A stretch of 63,751 nt of DNA, counting the filler, from Dugesia japonica (taxonomy: Eukaryota): NCBI GenBank assembly GCA_001938525.1. It is 5 parts of 5 records of this genome, joined end to end, with 100 filler letters (N's around TTAATTAATTAA, not from the genome) between each part and the next. Parts side by side here need not be neighbours in the genome. Positions count along the whole stretch, not along the records: positions 40,354 to 54,831 come from MQRL01592728.1; positions 54,932 to 63,751 come from MQRL01400179.1; 3 more parts are not named here. One strand, written 5' to 3'. The notes below the pieces were generated by a model. It searched no databases and was not told the DNA's origin. It worked only from the letters and a program-made list of their open reading frames with translations. The position numbers were made by a program, and so were the translations under genes. Each line of letters starts with the position of its first letter. Position 1 is the first letter of the stretch. Below, piece after piece: positions 52,480 through 63,751 of this stretch.

Positions 52480-52790
52480 TTTTTTAATAGATTAATATAA
52501 TCATATAATTATTGAGAGAGAGTCATGTGTGAAGCATTGATGATTATATCAATTGATACCAAAATTTATGTTCAAACTGGTCTTTCTAAATCTTTATTGA
52601 ATGTTTTTAATTCAATTGATTTATTGAAGAGATTGCATAATTGATTATATAATAAAAAATATTAAAAAAAATATTATTTTAATTAAAAAAAAAAGAATAA
52701 AATTATTGTATCTGAAGATGACAGATATTCTGTGGAAACATGTAATACAAGAATATATATAAAATATTGCCATTTTATTTCGATTATATA
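52480..52790 (+). mobile_element. Diverged Penelope-like 3' end in opposite orientation
   Basis: ERVMCEALMIISIDTKIYVQTGLSKSLLNVF followed by a hammerhead motif. Confidence 0.7.
52706..52750 (+). ncRNA. Minimal type I hammerhead ribozyme
   Basis: TTGTAT-CTGAAGA-T-GACAGATATTCTGTG-GAAAC-AT-GTA-ATACAA: 6-bp stem I, CUGAnGA and GAAA core, palindromic ACATGT stem III, GUA cleavage triplet. The stem II closing pair is mutated to G-G. Confidence 0.8.
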
Positions 52791-53803
52791 TATCCATATC
52801 GTCACTTTCAAATAAATCTGTGTCAAGAATCTCTTTACTTTATGTATTTCGGATTGTAACTTCAAATAGTTTTCATCTATACATATATCAATCTTTTATA
52901 CTCAATATAGAAATAGCATTCGTCCAATTGTGTTAGAAAACAAATTTTACCTGAAAATGAAGTTAAATATAGATATAGATATAGATATATATGTGTGAAC
53001 AAACAAAATAATAAAATTCTGCTTTTTTCTTTCAAATGAAATTCTTTTATATTATACGGCAAATGTTTCTGACTCATCTAACAAGCCATTTAACTGATTT
53101 CTTAAACGTACATTTTTTACCTGTGGAAAATTGAAATATAGGTTTTGCATATGCACTGTATTAATCAATAATTGTTGGGAATTAGAATTANAAAGTTTAC
53201 GTGATATATTTATTATCATTTTTTTTTGAAAGATGAAAAAATTACTTGAATAAATTTTATATTTACTATGTCTATACATAGGTTAATCCTGGTTTTTTAC
53301 AAATACTTAATTTAATTGATATTATCAAAATATTTATTAAAATCTTTAAACAGCAGCACCTGTAAAATTTTAACTTTGTTTAAATGAACGAACTATAACA
53401 GAAATATTTCAAACAAATGCATTTTTATTAATTTGAAAATATTTATAATGCAAAATCGAAATGAGCTTTTTAAGTACATCATGCTTCATTATTTCAGGAA
53501 GGTGAAAAGCCTTCTCAGACTCATAAAACAGATATTTTCTCTGTACTGCAAGAGTTCTATTGATGATTACACGTGATGTAAGTCGTTCAGAACTTTTCAA
53601 CAGAAAACTTTAAATCTCACCGGTGTACTACGTTCCAGACGAACCACTGAGACTGATTTCAAAGAAATATGGGCGCTGGTTGAGAATAACTGCTTGGAAC
53701 AACTGAAGAGATTGGATAAATACTTTGTATTAACCAATCAACAGTTTCCAAGCGTTTATTTCAAATTGGAATGACTGTCAAAGCCGATGTATTGATGCCA
53801 AAT

Positions 53804-54547
53804 CAATTAACGGAGACAAATTTATGACAGAATCTTTGCTTACATTTATCTTTTAAAACGTAACAAAATCGATTAATTTTTAAAGCGAATGGTAACAAGG
53901 AATGAGCAATCAAGGCAATATAACAATATTTAGAGTGTAAGATCATGATGTAAACTAGGGTATTTCTATTAACCGTACCCAAAAACAGTCTATATCCAAG
54001 GAAGGCAATGTAATGTATTTGATGGGATTAGGATAAAATAATTTATTATGAGCTTTTACATCATAACCAAACGTTTAGTTCATAGAAATACTATTCACAC
54101 TAATTAATTTAAAAGAAGTAATCAATAAAAAGTGGCCAGTACTAGTAAACAAAAACGGTATTGTCTTTCATCCAGATAATGCTAGACCACANGTGTCTTT
54201 AGTTACCAAAAAGAAACGTCAACAATTGAACTGAGATATTTTAGTCCTTTCACCGTACTTCCCAGACCCCACGCTCTCTGACTATCATTTATTTAAATCT
54301 CTTTAAAACCGTTTACAAGATAGAAACTTTTGTTCTGAAGATTTGATAAGTCAATTGAATCATTTCCTTGTTTAAAAACCTCAGAGTTTCGATGAGTGGG
54401 GCATTATGCAGCTATCAAATAGATAAAAAAAACGTCATCCAACAGAACAGCTAATAATGCATTGATTAAATGTAATTTATTTTAAAAAACCATTTTTTTA
54501 ATTTTTGTCTAAAAAATGGGAAGAACGCATAAACAGATCTATTATTA
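53804..54547 (+). mobile_element. Mariner (DD34D) transposase remnant
   Basis: FLKRMVT, IIYYELL, IVFHPDNARPH, SPYFPDPTLSDYHLFKSL. Confidence 0.85.
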
Positions 54548-54931
54548 AAATAATTATAGAAATAGAAATTGTTTTTTTGAAATTATTAATTGGGTTTACT
54601 TCGGTATAATGAATAATATTAATTATTTTGTAACTTTAAGTATTAAGTACATTTGATAAATATTATGTAATTTCCGTATCTAAAAAATATTCGTGTAAAA
54701 TTGGTTAAGCTTGGAACAGAAAACTACAGATTTTAAAATTTTAAAATTCATGCAAACATCATATTTTTTTAAAATAAGATAAGGCTTCGATCAAAACAAA
54801 ATTTTTTTGTAAAAAAGTTCAATATTTTCGANNNNNNNNNNNNNNNNNNNNNNNNNNNNNNNNNNNNNNNNNNNNTTAATTAATTAANNNNNNNNNNNNN
54901 NNNNNNNNNNNNNNNNNNNNNNNNNNNNNNN

Positions 54932-55975
54932 GTGAAAAATAATCTCCATCGAATTCTGCATCGATTGATGTAAAAATCTCGACAAAAAATGTTTTCAAAA
55001 ATTTTTAAAATTTCAGATGTTCTCCCGGATTTCCATAAAAATTTGATTTAAAAATTTTAAAAATCTGAAAATTAAAACAAAATTGACATAATTTCACCAA
55101 TTTACCACAAATGTTTAAAATAATTATAAAAAACTTGAAAATTTAAACAAATTCTACTTTTTCCGTGAATTTCCGTAAAAATTCAACCCAAATTGATCAT
55201 CCCGAGGAAATAATTAACCAAAACGTCCAAAAATTAACTAAACTGACAAATCCCGAGGAAAAATTTGACCCAATTACCCAAAAATTACCAATCCCGAGGA
55301 AAGACTTCACCAATATTGCCTAAATCGAGTAAATTATTGACTGACTCTTCAAAAAATTACCCAAACTGACCAATCTCATGGAAAACTTAAACCAATATTA
55401 CCTTAACCATGTAAATAATTGACCGAATCACCCAAAAACTACCCAAACTAACCAAAACCGAAGAAATATTCAACCCAATCACTCAAAAAATTACTAATCC
55501 AAGTAAATATTCGACCAATATCTAAACCAGCCAAAAATTGTCCATATTCGAACCAATCAAAAATCGACCTCATTAGACCTGACAGAATAAATTCCCAACT
55601 AAATACAGTAAAAATTCTACTGCTTAAAAAGCCTAAAAAATTCTACTGCTTAAAAAAACTATAAAAATTTTCCCAAATAAATACATGAAAAATAAAAAAT
55701 ACTGGCTCACTTAATCCTATTACGTAAATTTCTCGACAATGAAATTAATCTTGCACCCATAAATTTTGTTCATCGCCTAAATACACATGAAAAATACTAG
55801 CTCACTTACGTAATAATGTCGCGACGAAATTAATTACATTATGTAATGCGCACAAATGTGTGCTCCGCCTGTTTACATTGCAAAAATACTGGCTCACTTA
55901 TGTAATAACCCGATTACGTCAACAGGGTTGGGGAGTTCGCACAAAGGCGAGCCAGTCCGGTACTATATACCTACT
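54932..55975 (-). repeat. Subrepeat-rich terminal region, possibly a Polinton-type TIR
   Basis: Repeated ATCCCGAGGAAA and AAAATACTGGCTCACTTA units. The minus strand begins AGTAGGTATATAG at 55975, resembling 21272. Confidence 0.4.
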
Positions 55976-58839
55976 CATATTCATATTGAATTATCTCGAA
56001 ATTCGGTGGGAGATTAAATTCAAAAAATATAAAAACTTCCGATGTTATGTCGCAAATTATATTCGAAATTGTAGTATAATGCACTCGTTTATTAAAATAA
56101 ATGAAATTGTTGATTTTGATGACCACAATATTGTCAATTTGGAACCTACAATGATCTCAAAAATTCCCTCAGACTCTTACTATAGCTAAGGTTGTCAAAA
56201 AAGATTCTTGAAGTTTCAAAAACAACAGTTATCTGCCGAAATTAATAACCTAAATGGAATTATTTCAAATGATTCTATAGTGATGATGAATAATTTCTTC
56301 AAACTTATTAAAAAATAATACAAGGGATTTAAACTTCAATTAGATATTATCTCTAAACTAGGTAAAGCTGTCAATAATTATAAAGTAGATAGTGATGAGG
56401 AAACTACTAATGTAAATAAAGCTAAGAGATTTGTTTACTGGACACTCAATCTTTAAAACTTCCAATAAGTCAAAGAAAATACTTTCCATTGAAAGCAGTA
56501 AACATTTGCAAAGAATTATTGATTACCTTAAAGATTCTTTAGAGACAACTATCAATGTTGACAAATCAGGTAATATTAAGAACAATACCACAGATAAAAA
56601 TTTATTAACTAGTGGAATTTTAAATTTAAATTGTGAAATTAAAGCTGAACCAAGAATTATTGACGATAAATTTGCTACAATGAGTGAAATTAAAAACACT
56701 AAAATCTGTAAAATATGCTCAAATTCTGAAAATACTCTTGACATTGAGATAAACAATTGCTCAGTTGTCTTATGTTGTCTTTGCGTAAATAATTTCACTG
56801 ATAAACTCAATACGGAAATAGACGCTGAATCCGTTGTGTCAGTTAGTAAAGTTACAAATTCTATATCAAAGAACTTACGGTCAGCCATTCGAAAGAAATT
56901 ACTGCTCACTAATAAATGACGGGTATTAAAACAATTTAAAAATGTTAACTTTGTTGTCTCTGTTATTCCAAATGATATTTGTTTGTGTTTATTGGTTTAT
57001 TCATTAACTTTAAAACTTAGCTACGTGTTTAATTTTAATGACTGGACAATAACTCATCGTCTATGGGTTATAGAGGAAAATATTACAAACTATCAGAACA
57101 ATATTGGTTTTACTAGAAATCACGGCATTCTTCACATTACTCATGCTACTAATAAACCTTTGTATATTGCTGCTGCGTTCATTCAGCAAGTTAAGAGCAT
57201 GATTACAAGTCGTGAATTCTAAATTTTTACTAATCGTAAAATCACTTGAAAACTTATTCACAAACATGTGTAACGAGACATCAGTAAAACTCCACAATAT
57301 CAATTGTAAAATTAAAAATGATACTATTAATAAATTTTCTAATAATCTCCAACTGTCAAAACATTTTGTTTGGCTATATAGAACTATGTGTAACGCTATT
57401 TTAGATGGTTGCACTGAACATATGCTTGATCATTTAAATTTCGATAACTTTGTAATGTAAAAATAATTTTAGCAATCTTTAGTCGTCCAAAATTTCATTG
57501 TCTGCTATTCATTAATGATTATGAAATATCTGAGCACTACTTACTAAATCCAACGACTCTTATTGAAAAGAAGAGTCATTTGGAAATTATTAAAAATTTA
57601 CTTCTGAAAATTAATGAGATCGCCTGTCGTGAGAATTACTTTTCAACAACTGTTCACATGATGTGCGAGGTTCTGGTTTGTTCTCAAAAGTTCTGATGTT
57701 GTTTTATTAATCATTTTGCATTTGCCCATTCACTTAGCAATCTAAATATCAAAGAAATAGGTACCATACTTAATGGGCTATGTCATTCAAGTGACAAAAC
57801 TAATCAAGTTGAAATATTTGAAAGCTCAATGCCTCATATACATGCAGAAAGGTTTAATAAAGAAAATCGCATAGAAAATGCTAACAAAATACTTGTCGAG
57901 ATCGAAAATTTGGATACTGACTCAATTATTGAGATAATAAAAATCAATACTTAAAGTCTAATGAAGCTCAAACCTTTCCTTGGTAAAACAAAACTCAAAT
58001 TAAATATCGATAAATATAAACTTAGATCAGATCTTAATAAGAAATTGAAAAAAACAGTCTACTCCATTCTTTCAGATGGAGATTCAACAAATGCGAGACC
58101 AACAATAGACGATATTGAAAAATATTTTCATCATGATGAACCAGATAAATTCAAGTGGAATCTTAACGAAAGATGTGTCAGAAAATCTCTATCTACATTA
58201 ACACTCGATCAAATTCATCCTTGCGATATTCTTAATGAATTCAAAAAAGTAAAAAATACCGCTCTAGGGCTCGACAATATCATCAATAAAGACATTAAAT
58301 ATCTCGGTCTTGAAGGAAAATTACTTTGCTACCTGTACAATAAAATTATATCTATATATAAAAAATATATCATACCAAATACTTGGAAATCATTCAAAAC
58401 TATTCTAATTCCAAAGTCTGATAAGAAGAATTTGTATATGATTTCATTCTGGCGGCCAATTGCTTTACTGTCAGTAATATACAAAATATTTGCAGCAATT
58501 CTTAATAGTCGACTGAATTTTTGGATCAAAGAAAATAATATTCTTCATCAATTTCAAAAAGATGACTCTGAACATGAAGGATGTGCTGAACACAACTCAA
58601 TCTTAACAGCGGATCTAGAATACTCAAAATACAATAAATCCTGTCAAACTGGTATAACTTGGCCGGATATAAAAGACGCTTTTGGAAGCATTCCTCACGA
58701 ATACATGTGATCATTGATCCGTTGTGTTGGAATAGATGAGGCCTTCATTAATATTGTAAGAAACCTATACACAAACTCTAGCTCAATATATCGCTGTGGC
58801 AACATATTAACTCAAAGTATTCCAATAAAAAAAGGTGTC

Positions 58840-59291
58840 TGTGAGGTGTTTTGAAAAGTAGGCTGAAATTTTGTGTGATTGGTGATCTTATTTTTAAAAT
58901 CTTTTGTTTAAAAGAGTGATTTAAATTATTGATGAAAAATTTAAATAAACAAATATTTGGTTTAAGGATAAATTAACATTATTGAATTAAATTACTTTTA
59001 GTAAATAAAAATTTTCAATTTTTAAATGAAAATTAAGTAAATAAATAAACTATTTTTTAAAGGGAAATAAATAAAATTTTAAAAATGTTTTTAATTTAAT
59101 TATATAAAATTACTTTTAATAAATAAAAAGTTTCAATTTTTAATTTTGGAAAAAAATCAACAATTAAAACACGGAATTTTAATTTGTTTGATTAACAAAA
59201 ATTATTGGTTAGTTTTGATTTGAATAAAGCATTGTAATGAATTCAAATTTTGATATTGATGATATGATGAGTTTTCCAAAGTCAACTAACA
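58840..59291 (+). mobile_element. Family B solo LTR (452 bp) with TSD GTGTC inserted in the RT
   Basis: TG...CA termini, GTGTC at 58835-58839 and 59292-59296. The reverse complement matches 28713-28985. Confidence 0.92.
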
Positions 59292-59972
59292 GTGTCAAAC
59301 CGTGTTGTCTACTTTCAATGACACTTAAAATAAATCCCGTGTAAGAAGCTATAAGATACACACCAAGTGTTCCTAGATTTATGCTTGGTGATTCTGGAAT
59401 ACAAGTTTTGGCATATGCTGATGATATTTCACTGATAGCAAACAACGTTGAAGATCTGCAAAAGTTATTAAACCAAGCAACATTTATTTCAATAAAAATT
59501 AGATTGGAATTTTAGCCAGATAAATGTGCTTATCTCCAATTAGCATGAGTGAATAACATAAATGAAATCTCAATTTTTAAAAGGAAAGCAAAAAATCTTA
59601 CAACGAATGAACTTTATCAATACCTTAGTGTTCTAATTGGAGAGTCTACTGATCAAACACCTTATCAAACGTTTTCAATTTTTGTAAAAGATGCTAAAAA
59701 GTTGGCAAATTCTGATTTATAAGGTTTGCAAAAAGTGTTTCTTCATTCTATATTGATATTTCCGTTCCGCACTAGGGAAATTAAAACAAAAGCTTTAACT
59801 GCATTTAATTGTAACCCTCATTACAATTATAATATTACTAGTAAATTAAAGGATCAACTAAGAAAAATGATAAACCTTCCAAGACATTCAGAAATTGTTT
59901 ACTTTTATTGTTCAACAGAAAATAGTGGAGCGAACTTTGTTAGTCTATTGGATGAATAGCTATTAATAAGAA

Positions 59973-60373
59973 ATGGCAAGAACAAAACCAACTGCTCGTA
60001 AAAGCACTGGAGAAAATGCACCAAGAAAAAATTTAGCAACAAAAGCAGCAAGAAAAATGCACCAGCTACTGGAGGTGTAAAGAAACCACATCGTTATGGT
60101 CCCGAAACTGTTGCTCTTAGAGAAATCAAATGTTATCAAAAGAGCACTGAATTGTTGATTAGAAAATTACCTTTTCAACGAGAAATCGCTCAAAATTTTA
60201 AAACTGATTTGAGATTTCAAAGTTCTGCTGTATCAGCTCTCCAAGATGCAAGTGAAGCATATTTGGTTGGTTTGTTTGAAGATACAAACTTGCGTGCCAT
60301 TCATGCTAAGAGAGTAACTGTTATGCCAAAAGATATGCAATTGGCTCGTAGAATTCGTGGAGAACGCGATTAA
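59973..60373 (+). pseudogene. H3: Histone H3 retropseudogene
   Basis: [28 protein letters not shown], a 1-bp deletion near 60058, KKPHRY...LLIRKLPFQ(RLV deleted)REIAQ...RRIRGERD*. Flanked by ATGAATA at 59952-59958 and 60413-60419. Confidence 0.95.
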
Positions 60374-61699
60374 GGAACTTAACTTATTTAAATATTGAGA
60401 ATGAAAAGAAAAATGAATACCAACAACAAACTGTAAGGAAACAAAAAAAATCAATAGAGATACTTTGTGTTTTGTCACAAATTCATCTGTGAAAACGATT
60501 ATTCTATCACGAATCAGCATTTGCATTTCTAAACTATAGTGATAACTTAAATAAATTCAACTCTAGAAAATCTCAATGGATAAGACCTAAAAATGCATTA
60601 CATTTCTTCAATAAAATTCATAATATCAAAAGAAATTTTGAAATGTTTAATAAAGATGTTGCATTGCACATAACAACTATATCAAAAGGCACATTCTTAT
60701 TAAGTAGAAAGTTTTGTAGTGAAATCGTCTTTATTCTACATAGAGAACTTCAAGAATCATATGCACTAAAATGGCATAATAACAAAAAGAGCAATTTAAT
60801 TGCTGATGCAGTTAGATTAACTCCTGGTATCAATAAATCAATCTTTAGAAGCGACCTTGGAATATTTGCATGGAACTACATTCGTAAAGCTCAGACTAAT
60901 GTATTATCAATTAATGTGAGACCTCAAAACATTAATACAGAACAAAACCTGTGTCGTCGATGACGCGAATGTAAAGAAACGATAGTGCACGTGTTACAAA
61001 AGTGCAGAGTAACAAAATCACTGACAACAGAACGCCACAATGCTTGTCTTGAAAAACTTGTTTTCTTTCTTAAACCACCATCAAGAATTATCGTGGGTGA
61101 TCACACATGTTCATTTGTTCCTGACTCTAAGCAAAGAGTAGATTTAATAATTACAAATGATGAGGCAAAATCAATACATTTAATGGACATTAAATGCCCA
61201 ATAGACTCAAATGGAAATTTTGTTGAGATTGACAAAAACAACATTGAAAAATACACTAGTCTCAAAAATAAAATCAGAACTGTCAAACCTGATTACAAAG
61301 TCGAACTTAGAACTTTCATTGTTGGCTCTCTTGGAAGCTTTACTAAATCTACTTATTCAACTCTTTCTGAAATAGGTCGTTCTAGTGATAAAATCCAGTC
61401 AATCTTGAAACAATGTGCTCTGTCAAACATCGAGCATTCTACGCAAATTTGGAAATATCACTCGAGTGGGAAACTAAGTTAAATACTCTAACAAATGTAA
61501 AAATATAAATAAACAAATTGTATATAAAATGAGATAAATCACTGTAACTGTATTTAAAATCAAAAAACAAAAAAAATTTGTAAGCATTATGTAATTAAAT
61601 TAATTGAAATGAAAAATGATGATAAGCTTGATTATATTGCCATAAAGTCTTTTTTGAATAAAGATGTTTTGTTAACATTCTACTATGGTAGAAATGCTA

Positions 61700-63175
61700 T
61701 ACTGATGGTCAAATTTTTTGACACACCTAATATTTTTATAATCGATGTTTAATCAAAATACTTTTCTAATTTATTTTGTGTGCATATAAAATTCTTATTT
61801 AAAATATCTTAAATTTTTTTAATTAAATGTACTTGTTTATATAACAAAGTCATATTTAGTAATTTTTGAATTTTATTTAAAAGTCAAATTTTTTGAAACA
61901 CTTATTTATTTATAGGAAAAACCTATAAATTATACCTATTTTTATACAAATCACCATGCTTTTCTAATACTGTAAATAAGCGACGTCTAATTGACTTGTA
62001 TAAATCAATAACTTTGTATCGCTTGTTGACATTAAGACAATTTATGACGGCATTGATTTTTTCAACTAAACCATCCATACAATTGAACTGGTTTCCATCG
62101 TAGATCAGATCTGATATTGTTTTCCAGCAGTCCTCAACAATATTCCTATCTTGGCTTTTTGCCGGCTATTCCAATACTGATATACCTGATTTCTGCATTA
62201 ATTCCTGCACTTTCTTAATTTTGTGCACCGAAGAATTATCCTCCTGGAACCACCAATTTTTTACATAATTTAAATTTATTATAAGCACAGCACTTTCTGA
62301 CAAAAGCTTAATCAGAATTCATGTTTCCTTTCAAGACCTTGAATGACAGCAGACCGTTTGGTATTGTCATCATTCATACCATGACGCTTCCACCTTTGCA
62401 CTGCCTCTTAATACGATAACTTGGCGATGATATGTATACATAGGATCTCCAATCATCTGGAATATCCAAAGAAAACCGCTTCTTGTCAGAAAAAATTGTG
62501 AAATCCCAATTATGATTTAACGAAATCCTTGATCTTGTACCTTGCATACGTGATTGCTTTAGGATGGTTATCAAATAAATTTGAGATGACATCCCTTTGT
62601 AAATAAAACCTTAAATATCTCTGTACCGTATTTCTTGATGCATCTAAAGCCCATTCTTCTATTAATTTCATTGCATTTATCTTTTCTTTTCTTTCATTAA
62701 GAACACAAATCTTCCTTTTTACGCGCAATAGAGTAGCCTTATCCATTTTTAACTTTGGCCCTGTCTTCATCTTAATTCTTTTTAATCGGTTGACACATAA
62801 ATTTCAGGCTGCATCGCGTGTAATATTCGGCCTTGTCTCAATGGTCGAATAACTAAGTCCTCTGTTCTCCATCGAATGGCCAGTTTTCTTTCAAATATAT
62901 TGTGCATTATTGAAGTAGAATTTAATATACTTTTAAATTAAATTGTACTTAAACTTCAAAATTTACTTAATAAATTTTAAACTTGCTGTGTCAAAAAATT
63001 GTACTTTTAAGTAAATTTAATATTTACTAAATTAAACTATATTATATAAACAAGTATATTTAATTAAAAAATTTTAATTAGAATTTTTTATCCATACAAA
63101 ATAAATTATAAAAATATTTTGATTAAGCATCTATTCTAAAAATATTAGTTGTGTCAAAAAAATTGACCATCAATA
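61700..63175 (-). mobile_element. Tc1-like (DD34E) element with ~200-bp IR/DR terminal inverted repeats and TA flanks
   Basis: TACTGATGGTCAAATTTTTTGACAC / GTGTCAAAAAAATTGACCATCAATA termini, inner repeats at ~61883 and ~62988. Transposase IFSDKKRFSLD, GGSVMV, FQEDNSSVH, PAKSQDRNIVEDCW. Confidence 0.92.
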
Positions 63176-63751
63176 TATTTTGTAAGAGTAATTCAGGAGG
63201 AGCACTGAAAAACAACAAAAATAGGCAGAAACTGAACGAAGACACTAATAAAATCCTATATGAAATGACTGAAGAATTCGAATGTTACAATCCATTACAT
63301 ATTTTATTCACACTAATCAAAGATAAATACATTATCTAATAGAAACAATTCTCCTAATAATTAATATTTTAATAAATTTTTATTTGGTAAAAATTTTCCA
63401 TAATTAATTAATAATTATTTGAATGATTTCTAAACGTTATCAACGTTTATCAATGAAAGTTGTTATAAATTCTTCTTTATTCAAAACACTTAAACACTAT
63501 TGAATAAAATTCCAGAAAAAATTGTAAATATAAATATAAATGATGTTTACAATAGCTTTGGAGAAAAGTTAAAAAATATATTCCAAAGTGAAGCGTGACG
63601 ATAAAGATGATGATAAATAATAAATTTAAACAATCTTTATGTTTACTTTCATTGAATACAGATAATTCACATAATGGTTTATTGTCCATGAAATAATTGT
63701 AATTTTTCTATATTATTCTAGCAAAATTGATGAAAAGATGTGCAATTCAAA

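Larger units (their letters stand above)
56079..61520 (+). mobile_element. RLE-type non-LTR retrotransposon (NeSL/R2-like), decayed, with two nested insertions
   Basis: RT: TALGLDNI, ILIPK, WRPIALLSVIYKIF, DIKDAFGSIPH, KKGV|KPCCLLS, LAYADDI. Then a CCHC knuckle (CRR*RECKETIVHVLQKC) and restriction-like endonuclease RHNA...RVDLII...MDIKCP...KY. Confidence 0.9.

Noticed and set aside
60152-60373. Functional H3 or a histone-RT fusion protein
   Set aside because: Frameshift, 9-bp deletion and substitutions in invariant residues. The insertion creates a stop in the element frame.

Overview
Very AT-rich, gapped eukaryotic (metazoan-like) scaffold that is almost entirely a transposon graveyard. Only one clearly intact host-type gene is visible: an intronless MKRN2OS/DUF4796-like gene (4011-4625, -). 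Recognisable elements include several compact Ty3/gypsy families (two with ~100-bp AGT...ACT LTRs and exact 5-bp TSDs), solo LTRs, a 783-bp TRIM-like mini-element, three hAT-type remnants, mariner and IR/DR-type Tc1 elements, a Polinton/Maverick capsid+protease remnant, and Penelope-like 3' ends carrying hammerhead ribozymes. A NeSL/R2-type (RLE) non-LTR element is interrupted by a solo LTR and by a TSD-flanked histone H3 retrocopy. The standout is a large decayed gypsy-type element (~29.2-40.3 kb, -) whose integrase is followed by about 10 kb of co-oriented cargo. The cargo comprises a protein with a tandemly duplicated Cys/His domain, a non-canonical Env-like type I membrane protein with two PY motifs, a coiled-coil/IAP-type RING protein missed by the ORF track, and a coiled-coil/Pro-rich protein. 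All family assignments come from motif recognition by eye, not database searches. Adjacency across the N-TTAATTAATTAA-N linkers is unreliable.
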